In this document: positions 1 through 9,740 of the stretch, piece by piece | How the letters are laid out: each line of letters begins with the position of its first letter | How positions within the stretch are numbered: the stretch's first letter is position 1 | DNA from: Berkelbacteria bacterium GW2011_GWE1_39_12 | GTDB taxonomy: Bacteria; Patescibacteriota; UBA1384; UBA12157 | Length of the DNA stretch: 64,000 nt | NCBI GenBank assembly: GCA_001029735.1 | Contig: CP011213.1 | Span: 11,709 to 75,708, forward strand | Direction: 5' to 3' | The notes under the pieces: generated by a model | The model's database searches: none | Told to the model about the DNA's origin: nothing | Seen by the model: the letters and a program-made list of their open reading frames with translations, nothing else | Program-made: the position numbers and the translations under genes

Positions 1-29
1 ACCAAATATATTATCAAAAAACGTCCAAT

Positions 30-58
30 TTGTCAAGGGCAAAGTATCTTGATACAAT
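30..58 (+). promoter_or_regulatory. sigma70-like promoter (TTGTCA-N17-TACAAT) upstream of the first CDS
   Basis: TTGTCA at 30-35 and TACAAT at 53-58; AAGGAG SD before ATG at 96. Confidence 0.5.
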
Positions 59-95
59 CAGGTTGAGAGAACTATCTAAACCTTAAGGAGTTAAA

Positions 96-1349
96 ATGTC
101 AGACGAAAAATCAGATAAAATAAAATGCCCTAAATGCGGTTGCGATATTCCTGTAACTGAAGTACTTCAGCACAGAATGGTTGAGCAAGTCACGGCCGAA
201 GTTGAAAAACGGGTTAAAAATGAGAAGGAAAAGATAGAAGAAGAACTGAAAGAAAGCTTAGGCAAGGAACAAGCCAATAATCTAAAAGTACTCAAAGAAA
301 AGCTTGATATTGAAGCCAAAAAGAGGGTGGAAGCGGAAAACAAAGAACTCGAATTTATTAAAAAACAGACAGAGATGGAAGAAAATATTCGAAGAAAAGA
401 TATCGAAATTGCAACCAAACTCCAGGAAGAACGTAAGCTGATTATTGAAAAAACTCAAAATGAAATTGAAGAAAAATTTAGCTTGCAAACTGCTGAAATG
501 CGAAAGCAATTAGAAGATACTAAAAAAGCGCTGACCGAAGCCCAAAGAAAAGCACAGCAAGGTTCCATGCAAACTCAGGGTGAAGTGATGGAGTTGGCCT
601 TGGAAGAGCTTCTAAAGCAAAGGTTTCCTCACGATGCGATTGAACCGGTACCAAAAGGCATTAATGGCGCAGATATTATTCAAAGAGTTTTTTCTGACTT
701 TGGCGCTGAATGCGGCTCGATTGTTTGGGAATCGAAACAAACTAAAGCTTGGACGGAAGATTGGGTGCAAAAATTAAAGGATGATGGCCGTAATATTAAG
801 GGCAGCTTGCTAATTTTAGTTTCGGAAGTTTTGCCGAAAGATATTAAAAACTTTGGTCTTTATAAAGGAATTTGGGTTTGTAATTTTCCATCCATAATCG
901 GGCTAACGACAGCTCTTAGATCACAATTAATATCGATCAGTAAAATTACCGCTTCACAAAGCGGCAAAGAAGAAAAAAAAGATATTTTGTATGACTATTT
1001 ATGCAGTCAAAACTTTGCCAATCGCATTTCTGCTATCGGCGAAAATTTTATCGCCATGAAAACTAATTTAGATAAAGAAAAAATCGCTATGAATAAAATC
1101 TGGTCATCACGCGAAACACAAATAAATCGCATGATGGAAAATACGGCTAAAATGTATGGGGAGATTCAGGGTATCGCCGGAAACCAGCTGCCGGAACTGG
1201 AAGTTTTGGAACTAGAATCAGCAGCAGGGGAAATTGAACCTGCCCGCAATGCTTCCAGCATAGCTGTTGCAGGCGGGACGCCTGCAACTCCAAAAGAACC
1301 AAAGAAAAAAGAAATTAAAATTGATGAGAGTCAAGCGGGGTTATTTTAA
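96..1349 (+). CDS. coiled-coil protein with N-terminal CPKCGC zinc-ribbon-like motif; DUF2130-like architecture
   Basis: 417 aa ORF; N-terminal CxxC; long Glu/Lys-rich heptad-like region; globular C-terminal domain; good SD. Confidence 0.55.
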   Translation: MSDEKSDKIKCPKCGCDIPVTEVLQHRMVEQVTAEVEKRVKNEKEKIEEELKESLGKEQANNLKVLKEKLDIEAKKRVEAENKELEFIKKQTEMEENIRRKDIEIATKLQEERKLIIEKTQNEIEEKFSLQTAEMRKQLEDTKKALTEAQRKAQQGSMQTQGEVMELALEELLKQRFPHDAIEPVPKGINGADIIQRVFSDFGAECGSIVWESKQTKAWTEDWVQKLKDDGRNIKGSLLILVSEVLPKDIKNFGLYKGIWVCNFPSIIGLTTALRSQLISISKITASQSGKEEKKDILYDYLCSQNFANRISAIGENFIAMKTNLDKEKIAMNKIWSSRETQINRMMENTAKMYGEIQGIAGNQLPELEVLELESAAGEIEPARNASSIAVAGGTPATPKEPKKKEIKIDESQAGLF

Positions 1350-1372
1350 AAAGGACAAGATTGTTTCTTGCC

Positions 1373-1807
1373 CTAAAGTTGTGTTAAAACTTCATTGTAG
1401 CGATCCGGGTATCGCTTCAGTAGAAAATCCTTAACTGCGACTTTACTACCAAATACTTTATGAAAAGAATCGCTCATCACACAGCCGCCTAAAAGCACTG
1501 AGTGATATTTTCTTTCGATATAAGAGCAGATATCGGATAAGTCATCGAGAATCCCCTCTGATTCCATCTCCTTTGGCGGATCAATATGCAACTCTTCCTG
1601 CCGTCCCGAACCGTCAAGTAGAAGAATAGTAATGTCACTATTCGTTAAATCAGGAAATTCTTTGATACAAATTGCATCTGGAAATCTTTCTGAAATAACG
1701 TCGTCCATTGTAAAGCCTCGGTCAGCGACACATCTGGAACGATACAAGACAACCACTTCAGACCCCAACCTTTTATACTCCAAGTCTCTTTCCATACTAT
1801 CCTCCAC
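1373..1807 (-). CDS. hypothetical protein (144 aa), moderately GC-rich
   Basis: Clean ORF convergent with the upstream gene; no family recognised. Confidence 0.45.
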   Translation of the reverse strand: MEDSMERDLEYKRLGSEVVVLYRSRCVADRGFTMDDVISERFPDAICIKEFPDLTNSDITILLLDGSGRQEELHIDPPKEMESEGILDDLSDICSYIERKYHSVLLGGCVMSDSFHKVFGSKVAVKDFLLKRYPDRYNEVLTQL

Positions 1808-1900
1808 AACCGTAAATTCGATACAGTTATACTAGCAGATCAAAAATCTGAAGTCAAAAAAATAAAGACTGATCATGATTAAAAATGGGAGCAGAAGACA

Positions 1901-4900
1901 ATGCTTTCTAAAAAATTTATAACTGAATATCAAAAACTGAATCCAAAGCAAAGAGAAGCCGTCGATACGATCGAAGGGCCGGTCATGATTATTGCCGGGC
2001 CGGGGACAGGTAAGACGCAAATCTTAGCGATGAGAATTGCGAATATTTTAGCGAACGCACAAGTTAATCCTTCAAATATTTTGGCGCTAACATTTACCAA
2101 CTCAGGCGCTTACGCTATGAGGAAAAGATTATTGGAAATTGTGGGGCCAAGTAGCTACGCCATTTCTATTCATACGTTTCACTCTTTTTGCAATGAAATT
2201 ATTAATACTTTTCCGGAAAAATTTTTAACAGCCAGACGCTTAAATCAACTGACCGATTTAGAACAAATTCTATATATTCAAAGCATTTTAGATAAAAACA
2301 ATTTCAAAACTATTAAACCTTTAAAAAGTCCTTATTTATATCAAAAGGCAATTTTGGATTCGATTAATAAATTAAAACAAGAAAATATCGATCCAAAAAA
2401 ATTTGAGGAAAAAATCGAGCAAGAACTAATTGATTTTAAAACTATCGATGATCTCTATCACGATAAAGGCGCATACAAAGGCGAAATGAAAGGCAAATAC
2501 AAAGACGAGCTCAGCTCATTAGAGCGCAATAAAGAACTAGCAAAAGTTTACAAAGATTACCAAAAGATTTTAAGCGATGAAGGTAAATACGATTATGCCG
2601 ACATGATTCTTTTTGTTTTAGGCGCCTTTAAAAAAGAAAAAGATATCTTAAGTTATTATCAAGAAAAGTATCAATATATTTTAGTCGATGAATTTCAAGA
2701 CACTAACACGGCCCAGAACGAAATTGTGCGATCTTTGGGCAGCTTTTATGAAAGCCCGAACATTTTTGCTGTTGGCGACGATGAGCAATCAGTCTTCCGT
2801 TTTCAAGGTGCCTCTTTAGAAAACATTTTATTCTTTTCTAAAACTTATCCAGAAGCTAAAGTGATCATTTTAGAAGATAATTACAGATCAACTCAAGACA
2901 TATTAGATTTATCGCGAGCGCTAATTTCTAATAACCAAAATCAAATTGCCGGGCATTTAAAAGTTAGTAAAAAGTTAAAAAGTAATTTAACTTCAAAAGG
3001 AAAAATATACTTAGCAGAATTTAAAAATGTCGCCACAGAAAACTTTTTTATTGCTTCAGAAATTAAGGATCTAATAGAAAAGGGGACCGATCCGAACGAG
3101 ATTGCGGTTTTATATAAACAACATAGCGACGTTGAAGATTTAACTGAAAACTTAGCGCGTTTGAAAGTGCCATATAAATTGGAAGTCGGTGGAAATATTC
3201 TCGACGATCCGGAAATTCAAAAGATTATTAATTATTTAAAAATTTTAGACATTAAAAAGCCTAACGATTTATTATTTTTTGAAGTATTAAGTTATGACTT
3301 CTTTAATATTCCACCAATCGAGATTTACAAACTATCGAGAAAAGCGAGTAAAGAAAGGGAAAGTATAGTCGATACAATACTGTCGGAAAACAAGCTTTCA
3401 GAACCAATCAAAAAGTTTTTTAGCACCTTACTTGACTTGCAACACTTTGCTCAAAATAACACTTTCGCTAGCACTTTCGAATATTTAATTAACAATACGG
3501 GTTATTTAGATTATCTATTGAAAAAAGAAGATACAGTTCACCATTTAAACCGGTTGCAAATTTTTTATGAAGAAATTAAAAAATTGAATGTCAGACAGAA
3601 AGATTTAAATATTGCTGGGTTTTTGAAATACTTAGACAGCCTTACAGAAAATGAATTAAAAATAAAAGATAGGGAAGTCGAAGCAGATTTTGCCGGCGTA
3701 AATTTAATGACGGCGCATAAATCTAAAGGTTTAGAATTTGAAAATGTTTTCATTTTTAAATTAATCGACAAACACTGGGGTAATAAAACAAAACGGGAAT
3801 TAATTAAATTGCCCGGCAATATTTTATCAATTCAGCAAAACAATGACTTGTCCAGCGAAGCCTTGGCGGAGTTGGAAGAGGAAAGACGATTATTCTATGT
3901 TGCACTAACCAGAGCCAAAAAGAATATTTATCTTTCTTTCGCTGATGATTACGGCGATCAAGAAAGTTCAAAGTTTGCAGTTCCATCACAATTTCTTACT
4001 GAATTACCAAATGAAAAGATATTGAAATTGGAAACAGCTAAGTATGAAAAAGAAAGTGTTAAGAGATTGGCATTGGCGTTTCAAAATGACAAATGGCACC
4101 CTGGCAAAGCACTGAAGGAGTTTATTAAGCAAATCGTTGAAGATTTTTCTCTATCGGCAACTTCGCTTAACTCATATATCAACTGTCCAAAACAATTTTT
4201 CCTAGATCATATTATTCGCGTCCCTAAGGCCAAAGATTTTAGCCAAAGCTATGGGACAGCTGTTCATAAAGCGATGGAAAATCTATTTCTCATTCAAATA
4301 CGCGATGGCAAGTTAGCAACGAAATCAGATTTTGTAAAATTTTATGTTAACGCATTAGACGAGGAAATACTGACACCGGCAGAAATACAAAGAGCCAAAA
4401 ACGATGGTACAGAAATATTAGAAAAGTATTACGATTTCTACAAAGAAGAAATGATTAAAAAAGGACCGCCGATTTCTTGTGAGTACAATTTTTCTTCCCA
4501 TAATGTTCATTTTGATAATATACCGATCACGGGTAAAATTGATAAGATTGAAATGATAAACAGCATTGGTAATACTGTCAGAATTATCGATTACAAAACC
4601 AGCCAACCAAAAACAGTTAATGATCTTTTGGGGCAAACGAAGACTAGTGATAAATCATATTTGTATCAAGCGTTTTTTTATAAACTCTTGGCTGAATACG
4701 ACACATCGTTTAAGTGGAAAATTGCCGAAATAGAATTTGATTTTATTCAACCAGAAAAGGGAAGATTTAAAAAGATTAAAATTCCAATTGAGGAAGAAGA
4801 ATATAAAAAATTTAAAGAGCTGGTTTCCAAATCTTATAGCGAAATCAAAAAATTGAATTTTGATACCAATAAAAAATCGTGTAAAGCCAAACGCGAATGT

Positions 4901-4924
4901 GATTATATAAATATTTGTAATTAA
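1901..4924 (+). CDS. UvrD/PcrA-type superfamily 1 helicase fused to a C-terminal PD-(D/E)XK nuclease with Cys cluster (AddA/AdnB-like helicase-nuclease)
   Basis: Walker A AGPGTGKTQ; motif II LVDEFQDTN; C-terminal IDYKTSQ nuclease motif; Cys at CPKQFF plus CKAKRECDYINIC (4 Cys, AddB/Cas4-like Fe-S arrangement). Confidence 0.85.
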   Translation: MLSKKFITEYQKLNPKQREAVDTIEGPVMIIAGPGTGKTQILAMRIANILANAQVNPSNILALTFTNSGAYAMRKRLLEIVGPSSYAISIHTFHSFCNEIINTFPEKFLTARRLNQLTDLEQILYIQSILDKNNFKTIKPLKSPYLYQKAILDSINKLKQENIDPKKFEEKIEQELIDFKTIDDLYHDKGAYKGEMKGKYKDELSSLERNKELAKVYKDYQKILSDEGKYDYADMILFVLGAFKKEKDILSYYQEKYQYILVDEFQDTNTAQNEIVRSLGSFYESPNIFAVGDDEQSVFRFQGASLENILFFSKTYPEAKVIILEDNYRSTQDILDLSRALISNNQNQIAGHLKVSKKLKSNLTSKGKIYLAEFKNVATENFFIASEIKDLIEKGTDPNEIAVLYKQHSDVEDLTENLARLKVPYKLEVGGNILDDPEIQKIINYLKILDIKKPNDLLFFEVLSYDFFNIPPIEIYKLSRKASKERESIVDTILSENKLSEPIKKFFSTLLDLQHFAQNNTFASTFEYLINNTGYLDYLLKKEDTVHHLNRLQIFYEEIKKLNVRQKDLNIAGFLKYLDSLTENELKIKDREVEADFAGVNLMTAHKSKGLEFENVFIFKLIDKHWGNKTKRELIKLPGNILSIQQNNDLSSEALAELEEERRLFYVALTRAKKNIYLSFADDYGDQESSKFAVPSQFLTELPNEKILKLETAKYEKESVKRLALAFQNDKWHPGKALKEFIKQIVEDFSLSATSLNSYINCPKQFFLDHIIRVPKAKDFSQSYGTAVHKAMENLFLIQIRDGKLATKSDFVKFYVNALDEEILTPAEIQRAKNDGTEILEKYYDFYKEEMIKKGPPISCEYNFSSHNVHFDNIPITGKIDKIEMINSIGNTVRIIDYKTSQPKTVNDLLGQTKTSDKSYLYQAFFYKLLAEYDTSFKWKIAEIEFDFIQPEKGRFKKIKIPIEEEEYKKFKELVSKSYSEIKKLNFDTNKKSCKAKRECDYINICN

Positions 4925-4957
4925 AAAAGGCTGAAGTTTTACCTCAGCCTCAAAACA

Positions 4958-6085
4958 TTAGTCCTTTAATGGACCGCATTTCGGGTCTTCCGACCCGTGG
5001 AAAACACCAGCCAGTTCTGATCTATTTGAGTAACCAGGCGTAGCGTCGCTCAGCAATGGCCACCCATTGCCGATTCTTGCCCATATCTCGTCCCAGCTGC
5101 GAACGGCGCTCAACGGATCAAGCGCTTCGACGCTACATGAGCTAGCACCATTGGCGAACTGAAGACAAAGTTCAGGTGAAAGCCCCTGTAACATTGCGGT
5201 CAGGAAACCGGCGATCGAGACATCGCCACTACCGTTGGCACTGCCAAAGGTTTCTTCTTTGAAGGGAATACTAATGATTTCTCGTTCCAGCCAGTCATCG
5301 GAGTCTCCGATTACCGAATCTTTAGCTGTTCGCAGGTAAAGACCTTTCGTACCGAGCTTCAACATGACGGCGCCACAACCCCATTCGAGGAACTTATTCG
5401 CCATCATGCCCCAACCATGGTGACCGGTATCATACCTGGCAAAGCACGGCATAATCGACACCATTTCACCAAAACTAGGTGTAAAGATATCGACAAAGGG
5501 CAGTACCTTCCTCAGAATCTTTTCCCAGTCTTGCTTTGCCGTTTCTGAGCGAGGATCGACTTGGACCATGTCCATTGAGATTGTTTTTCCCATACTCTTG
5601 AGTCGACTCAGCATAATGACCGCGTCTCTGCCGTCATCACTATATAAAGCCTTCATGATCGGCAGATAACCGAAATGCACATGATCAATACCAGTTAGCA
5701 AGGCGTAAGGCACATCATCAGCAGTAAAAGTGTCATTGCAGCCGGGACAGTGTAGGAAAGAACGATCACCCTTCGCCGGTACAAGAACAATACTAAACGA
5801 CGTAGGATCCATAGAGTCGATGATGCAACATTCGACATTTGGTTTGTAAGCGTAGAGACCGCGAAGTTGATCGCCAAAAAGGTCTTGACCGATCTTACAA
5901 ACCAGAGTCGTGCCGATACCGATCTTCGCCGCGGCAAGTCCCGTGTTCGAGACAACACCGCCAGCCGACCAAATCGGCGGCTCAACAATCGAGAGTTTGC
6001 CGTGTCGTGGGACCTGGCCAATAATCCTCGGCGTAATATCCAAGCACGCATGCCCTAGCACGGCTAATCGCTTTTTCAAACGCAT
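4958..6085 (-). CDS. PfkB-family carbohydrate/nucleoside kinase (ribokinase-like); GC content far above the local background
   Basis: Ribokinase-like fold signatures including GSGDVSIAGFL (DTxGAGD-type motif); about 55% GC versus about 33% in flanking DNA. Confidence 0.75.
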   Translation of the reverse strand: MRLKKRLAVLGHACLDITPRIIGQVPRHGKLSIVEPPIWSAGGVVSNTGLAAAKIGIGTTLVCKIGQDLFGDQLRGLYAYKPNVECCIIDSMDPTSFSIVLVPAKGDRSFLHCPGCNDTFTADDVPYALLTGIDHVHFGYLPIMKALYSDDGRDAVIMLSRLKSMGKTISMDMVQVDPRSETAKQDWEKILRKVLPFVDIFTPSFGEMVSIMPCFARYDTGHHGWGMMANKFLEWGCGAVMLKLGTKGLYLRTAKDSVIGDSDDWLEREIISIPFKEETFGSANGSGDVSIAGFLTAMLQGLSPELCLQFANGASSCSVEALDPLSAVRSWDEIWARIGNGWPLLSDATPGYSNRSELAGVFHGSEDPKCGPLKD

Positions 6086-6159
6086 TGATACTTCCTCCTC
6101 GTATTTTTCAGGTTCCTAAAACAATTGCATTATAGAGTAAAGCGAGAGCTAAATCAACA

Positions 6160-6885
6160 CTAGATTATTTGATTACTAGCCTTGATCGACACTTCGATAA
6201 TATCAACAGCTTCTCGACGAGTTAAAATAAACAAAATGAGTTCGGCAACATCTTCTGGCTTTAAGATTTTATGCGCTTGATGATAGGCAATCCTATCTTT
6301 TTCGGACATAGTTATGAGATTTGTATCAACAAGACCCGGTTCGATTAAACTTACCTTTATATCATTTATCGCTGGCGATTTTCTCAAAGCTCTGGAAAAA
6401 CCCTCGACTCCAGATTTTTGCGCTACATAGACATCACTACCACCATCGTAAGTGGCGGCCGACATCGAACCTATATTTATAATATGTGCCGACCTGTTTT
6501 GTACCATTCTCTCGTATGCCATTTTTGCACAGCGAAGGTATCCAATAAGATTGGTGGATGTAGTGTAATCAATATCTTCTTCTGAAGTGTTCGTAATCGA
6601 ATCGGCCGGAAGACCCGCATTATTGATCAATATATCGAGCCTACCGAAATTATCATCGATAAATTGAAAAACGCGTTGTAAGTCGTCAAAATTAGTTACG
6701 TCCGCTTTTACGACGTAAATGTTTTCTGAAATTTTATGTAAATCGGTAAGTGCTTTTTCCAATTTTGTTTCATCGCGAGCAAAAATTACAACCGTGGCTC
6801 TTTGCTCTAAAAGAAGCTTTGCAGTTGCAAAACCAATTCCACTCGAACCACCACTAATTAAAATAATCTTATTTTTTATTTCCAT
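6160..6885 (-). CDS. short-chain dehydrogenase/reductase (SDR) family oxidoreductase
   Basis: ISGGSSGIG (TGxxxGxG), NNAG, YVAQK (YxxxK) motifs. Confidence 0.85.
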   Translation of the reverse strand: MEIKNKIILISGGSSGIGFATAKLLLEQRATVVIFARDETKLEKALTDLHKISENIYVVKADVTNFDDLQRVFQFIDDNFGRLDILINNAGLPADSITNTSEEDIDYTTSTNLIGYLRCAKMAYERMVQNRSAHIINIGSMSAATYDGGSDVYVAQKSGVEGFSRALRKSPAINDIKVSLIEPGLVDTNLITMSEKDRIAYHQAHKILKPEDVAELILFILTRREAVDIIEVSIKASNQII

Positions 6886-6947
6886 GTGTTTATGCTAACA
6901 AATATATACTAAATAAGGTTTATAAGTTTTAACAACTCCTGCTCTGC

Positions 6948-6976
6948 TTGACAAATAATTCTATTAGTTTACTATC
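6948..6976 (+). promoter_or_regulatory. sigma70-like promoter (TTGACA-N16/17-TACTAT) driving a transcript with no ORF
   Basis: TTGACA at 6948-6953; -10-like TACTAT near 6970-6975. Confidence 0.4.
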
Positions 6977-6982
6977 GTAGAT

Positions 6983-7182
6983 ACGAGAGCCCTCTCCGGT
7001 ACACAGGCGAATTATATTAACTCGTTTGGTTGTAACCGGATTAGCTCTGAGAGGCCTGGGCGCAAGATTAGTTGTTGTAATATCCCAGAGGGAGTTACTT
7101 TGTCTGAGTCTTGCCATAAACCCAGCCTCTGATATTATTTGTCCATTTAAAAAAACAGCCATAAAACTACGGCTGTTTTTTG
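6983..7182 (+). ncRNA. candidate small RNA (about 200 nt) bounded by a promoter and an intrinsic terminator; family unknown
   Basis: No ATG anywhere in about 200 nt; GC-richer than surroundings with several complementary segments; ends in hairpin ACAGCC/GGCTGT plus U-run. Confidence 0.3.
7150..7182. terminator. rho-independent terminator hairpin flanked by A-run and T-run (bidirectional)
   Basis: aaaaaACAGCCataaaactacGGCTGTtttttt; serves the minus-strand gene 7199-7492 and the plus-strand sRNA candidate. Confidence 0.6.
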
Positions 7183-7198
7183 AAAAAATAATAGGGGT

Positions 7199-7492
7199 CT
7201 ACTTTCTACCGCCAATAGCGTAGAAGTTCAGGGCGCCTATCAACGCGCCGGTGAAAACTACACCACCGATCTGCGCCAAGCCGAGCCATTTCTCGGCGAA
7301 CGGATGCTGGATCAGATACCACTGTTCTACCAAGATGTAGCCTACAACAGAACAAAGGCCTCCAGCAATAGCACCGAAGAGGATACCCACCATATCATTG
7401 GTGGCCAGTCGACTAGCGATTCCAGAAAACAGAATCAAAAAAACTGCGAACCCGAGGCAGCCTGCGACTGACTGAAGCGCTGAAAGTTCCAC
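7199..7492 (-). CDS. small membrane protein, GlsB/YeaQ/YmgE-like (transglycosylase-associated family); GC-rich
   Basis: 97 aa, three hydrophobic segments with Gly-rich GxxxG patterns typical of the family; about 55% GC. Confidence 0.45.
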   Translation of the reverse strand: MELSALQSVAGCLGFAVFLILFSGIASRLATNDMVGILFGAIAGGLCSVVGYILVEQWYLIQHPFAEKWLGLAQIGGVVFTGALIGALNFYAIGGRK

Positions 7493-7596
7493 GATAAGTC
7501 TCCTTTGAGATGTATTTTTGGTCTACGATGGAACGATCAGTTATACCATAAAAAGTAACCTTTGTCAAGAGAAAGAAAAGCTGATAAGATGTAAAT

Positions 7597-8439
7597 ATGA
7601 AGAAAGACGAAATTTTAATTTACCTTCTTGTTGGTTTAATTGTGATTTTTTTGATTAGCTTGGGATATTTTACCTGGCAAAAAAGAAATGTAAAAACAGT
7701 AGCTGCAAATACTTCGGCTGTAGTTAAACCGATTGATATTTTGCCCGAAGTTGGCAAAACAACAAAATATGATGTCCCGGTTTTGATGTATCATTATGTT
7801 CGCATCGCCCCAGAAGGCGACACATTAGGTAAAAATTTGTCTGTTACCCCTCAAAATTTTGTCGATCAAATGGCTTGGCTAAAACAAAATAATTACGCCA
7901 CAATTAAAGTTTCTGACTTAGCCGATCCAAATAAAAAAGAAATTTCTAAAATAATAGCAGAAAACAAAAAACCGATTGCTGTTACTTTTGATGACGGATA
8001 CGAAGATGCTTATATTGCCGCGTACCCCGCTTTACAAAAAGAAGGATTCATTGGCACTTTCTACATTATTCGTGATTTTATCGGTAGGCCTGGATATATG
8101 AACCAAAATCAAATTAACGAATTAGATTTTATCGGTAACGAAATTGGCTCACATACTTTGAGTCATTTAGATTTATCAAAAAATTCAGAAGAAGTTCAAC
8201 AAAAACAAATAGAAGATTCTAAACAGTCGGCAATGTCTTTTTGCTATCCTTCTGGTAAATATAATGAAACGACCGTCAATCTAGTAAAAGAAGCCGGCTA
8301 TACCACTGCCGTGACGACAAAATCTGGAATTGTGAATCAGGATTCCAATCTGTTAGAACTAAAGCGGGTTAGGGTGAATGACGGAAACGCAGAATCATTA
8401 AGGCTAGCAATTGAAAAGGCTTACTCAAATGGAAATTAA
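7597..8439 (+). CDS. polysaccharide deacetylase (NodB-homology domain), N-terminal membrane anchor
   Basis: N-terminal TM helix; TFDDGY motif; His-containing NodB motifs. Confidence 0.8.
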   Translation: MKKDEILIYLLVGLIVIFLISLGYFTWQKRNVKTVAANTSAVVKPIDILPEVGKTTKYDVPVLMYHYVRIAPEGDTLGKNLSVTPQNFVDQMAWLKQNNYATIKVSDLADPNKKEISKIIAENKKPIAVTFDDGYEDAYIAAYPALQKEGFIGTFYIIRDFIGRPGYMNQNQINELDFIGNEIGSHTLSHLDLSKNSEEVQQKQIEDSKQSAMSFCYPSGKYNETTVNLVKEAGYTTAVTTKSGIVNQDSNLLELKRVRVNDGNAESLRLAIEKAYSNGN

Positions 8440-9160
8440 AATCATTTTCGAAAACGAAAATTTAATTGTGGTGGAAAAGCCAGCTGGAGTTTTAGTGCAT
8501 CCGACTCAAGCCAACGAAGAAAATGCATTAACCAAATGGTTAATCGATAAATATCCAAACACTAATACTCTAAATTGGCCGGATAAATCACGGCCAGGCA
8601 TCGTCCATCGTTTAGATAAAGATACTTCTGGCGTAATTGTTTTGGCAAAAAATTCGGGAACCTTAGAAAAGTTACAAACTCAATTCAAAGAGCGAGAAGT
8701 ACAGAAAACTTATACCGCTTTAGTCTTTGGCAATTTACAAAAAGAGGGGAGAGTGGAAGCGGATATCACTCGCGGCGCTGCCGGCTTACAAAAAGTAATG
8801 GACGCAACTTATTCATTTAGCCAAAAAACTAGATCCGCGATTACAGATTATAAACCACTCGAACACTACAAATATAAAAAAGATGACCTAACTCTAGTTG
8901 AAGTAAAACCAAAGACGGGGCGAATGCACCAAATTCGCGTTCATTTAAAATACATTGGCTTTCCGATAATTGGCGATCAGCTATACAACATAAAGCCGAG
9001 CAAACGGATTTCCAAAGAACTAGATATTTATAGGCAATTTCTGCACGCCTCAAAATTGCAAATAAATGATCCTCAAACCGATGAAAAAATGGTTTTCGAG
9101 TCCCAATTAACAGATGACCTACAAGAAATATTAAATAAGTTAAGGAAGACTGATGAATAA
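8411..9160 (+). CDS. RluA-family pseudouridine synthase
   Basis: HRLDKDTSGVIVLAKN catalytic-Asp motif. Confidence 0.85.
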   Translation: MKRLTQMEIKIIFENENLIVVEKPAGVLVHPTQANEENALTKWLIDKYPNTNTLNWPDKSRPGIVHRLDKDTSGVIVLAKNSGTLEKLQTQFKEREVQKTYTALVFGNLQKEGRVEADITRGAAGLQKVMDATYSFSQKTRSAITDYKPLEHYKYKKDDLTLVEVKPKTGRMHQIRVHLKYIGFPIIGDQLYNIKPSKRISKELDIYRQFLHASKLQINDPQTDEKMVFESQLTDDLQEILNKLRKTDE

Positions 9161-9740
9161 AGGAAAACTTTTTATACTGTCCGGACAATCGGGAGTAGGG
9201 AAAAATACCATTGCCAAACAAATGTTAGAAAACCTGGACCTTGTTAAGATTATCACCTGCACAACTAGAGATCCAAGGCCTGACGAAATTGATGGTAAAG
9301 ATTATTTTTTTCTGACCGAAGAAGATTTTGCTGATAAAATCGGAAATAATTATTTTTTGGAATACGCCAAAGTTCATAACTGGCACTATGGCACGCCAAA
9401 AGAGCAAGCGGAAAACCTTTTAAATGACGGAAAAAATATTTTAATGGTGATTGATGTTCAGGGCGGAGTTCAGATCAAGGAAAAAATGCCAGAGGCAAGA
9501 TTAATATTTGTTAAATATACAGACGGAAAACTTGAGGATCAAATTAGGAATAGAATGAAAAACGATAGCTCAAGAAAAGAACTAACAGAAGAAGAAATTT
9601 TAAAAAGAATTGAATCGGCAAAAAAAGAAGCCAGCTATATTCAAGACTATGATTATGCTGTTACAAATCCAGATGGACAACCAGAAAAGGCGATTGAAGA
9701 AATAGGGGGAATAATTAGCAAGGAAATAAATGAAAATTAA
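9153..9740 (+). CDS. gmk: guanylate kinase
   Basis: P-loop GQSGVGKNT; TTRDPRPDEIDGKDYFF guanylate kinase signature. Confidence 0.8.
   Translation: MNKGKLFILSGQSGVGKNTIAKQMLENLDLVKIITCTTRDPRPDEIDGKDYFFLTEEDFADKIGNNYFLEYAKVHNWHYGTPKEQAENLLNDGKNILMVIDVQGGVQIKEKMPEARLIFVKYTDGKLEDQIRNRMKNDSSRKELTEEEILKRIESAKKEASYIQDYDYAVTNPDGQPEKAIEEIGGIISKEINEN

Noticed and set aside
5695-6119. Multiple ORFs on both strands overlapping the PfkB kinase gene (5695-6051 minus; 5839-6024, 5867-6058 and 5910-6119 plus)
   Set aside because: These are artefacts of the high GC content of this gene, which carries few stop codons in alternative frames. They show no SD or domain signatures, whereas the kinase frame does.
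6929-7223. ORFs 6929-7162 (minus) and 7026-7223 (plus)
   Set aside because: Both run across a canonical intrinsic terminator and lack SDs. The interval is better explained as a promoter-to-terminator sRNA unit.
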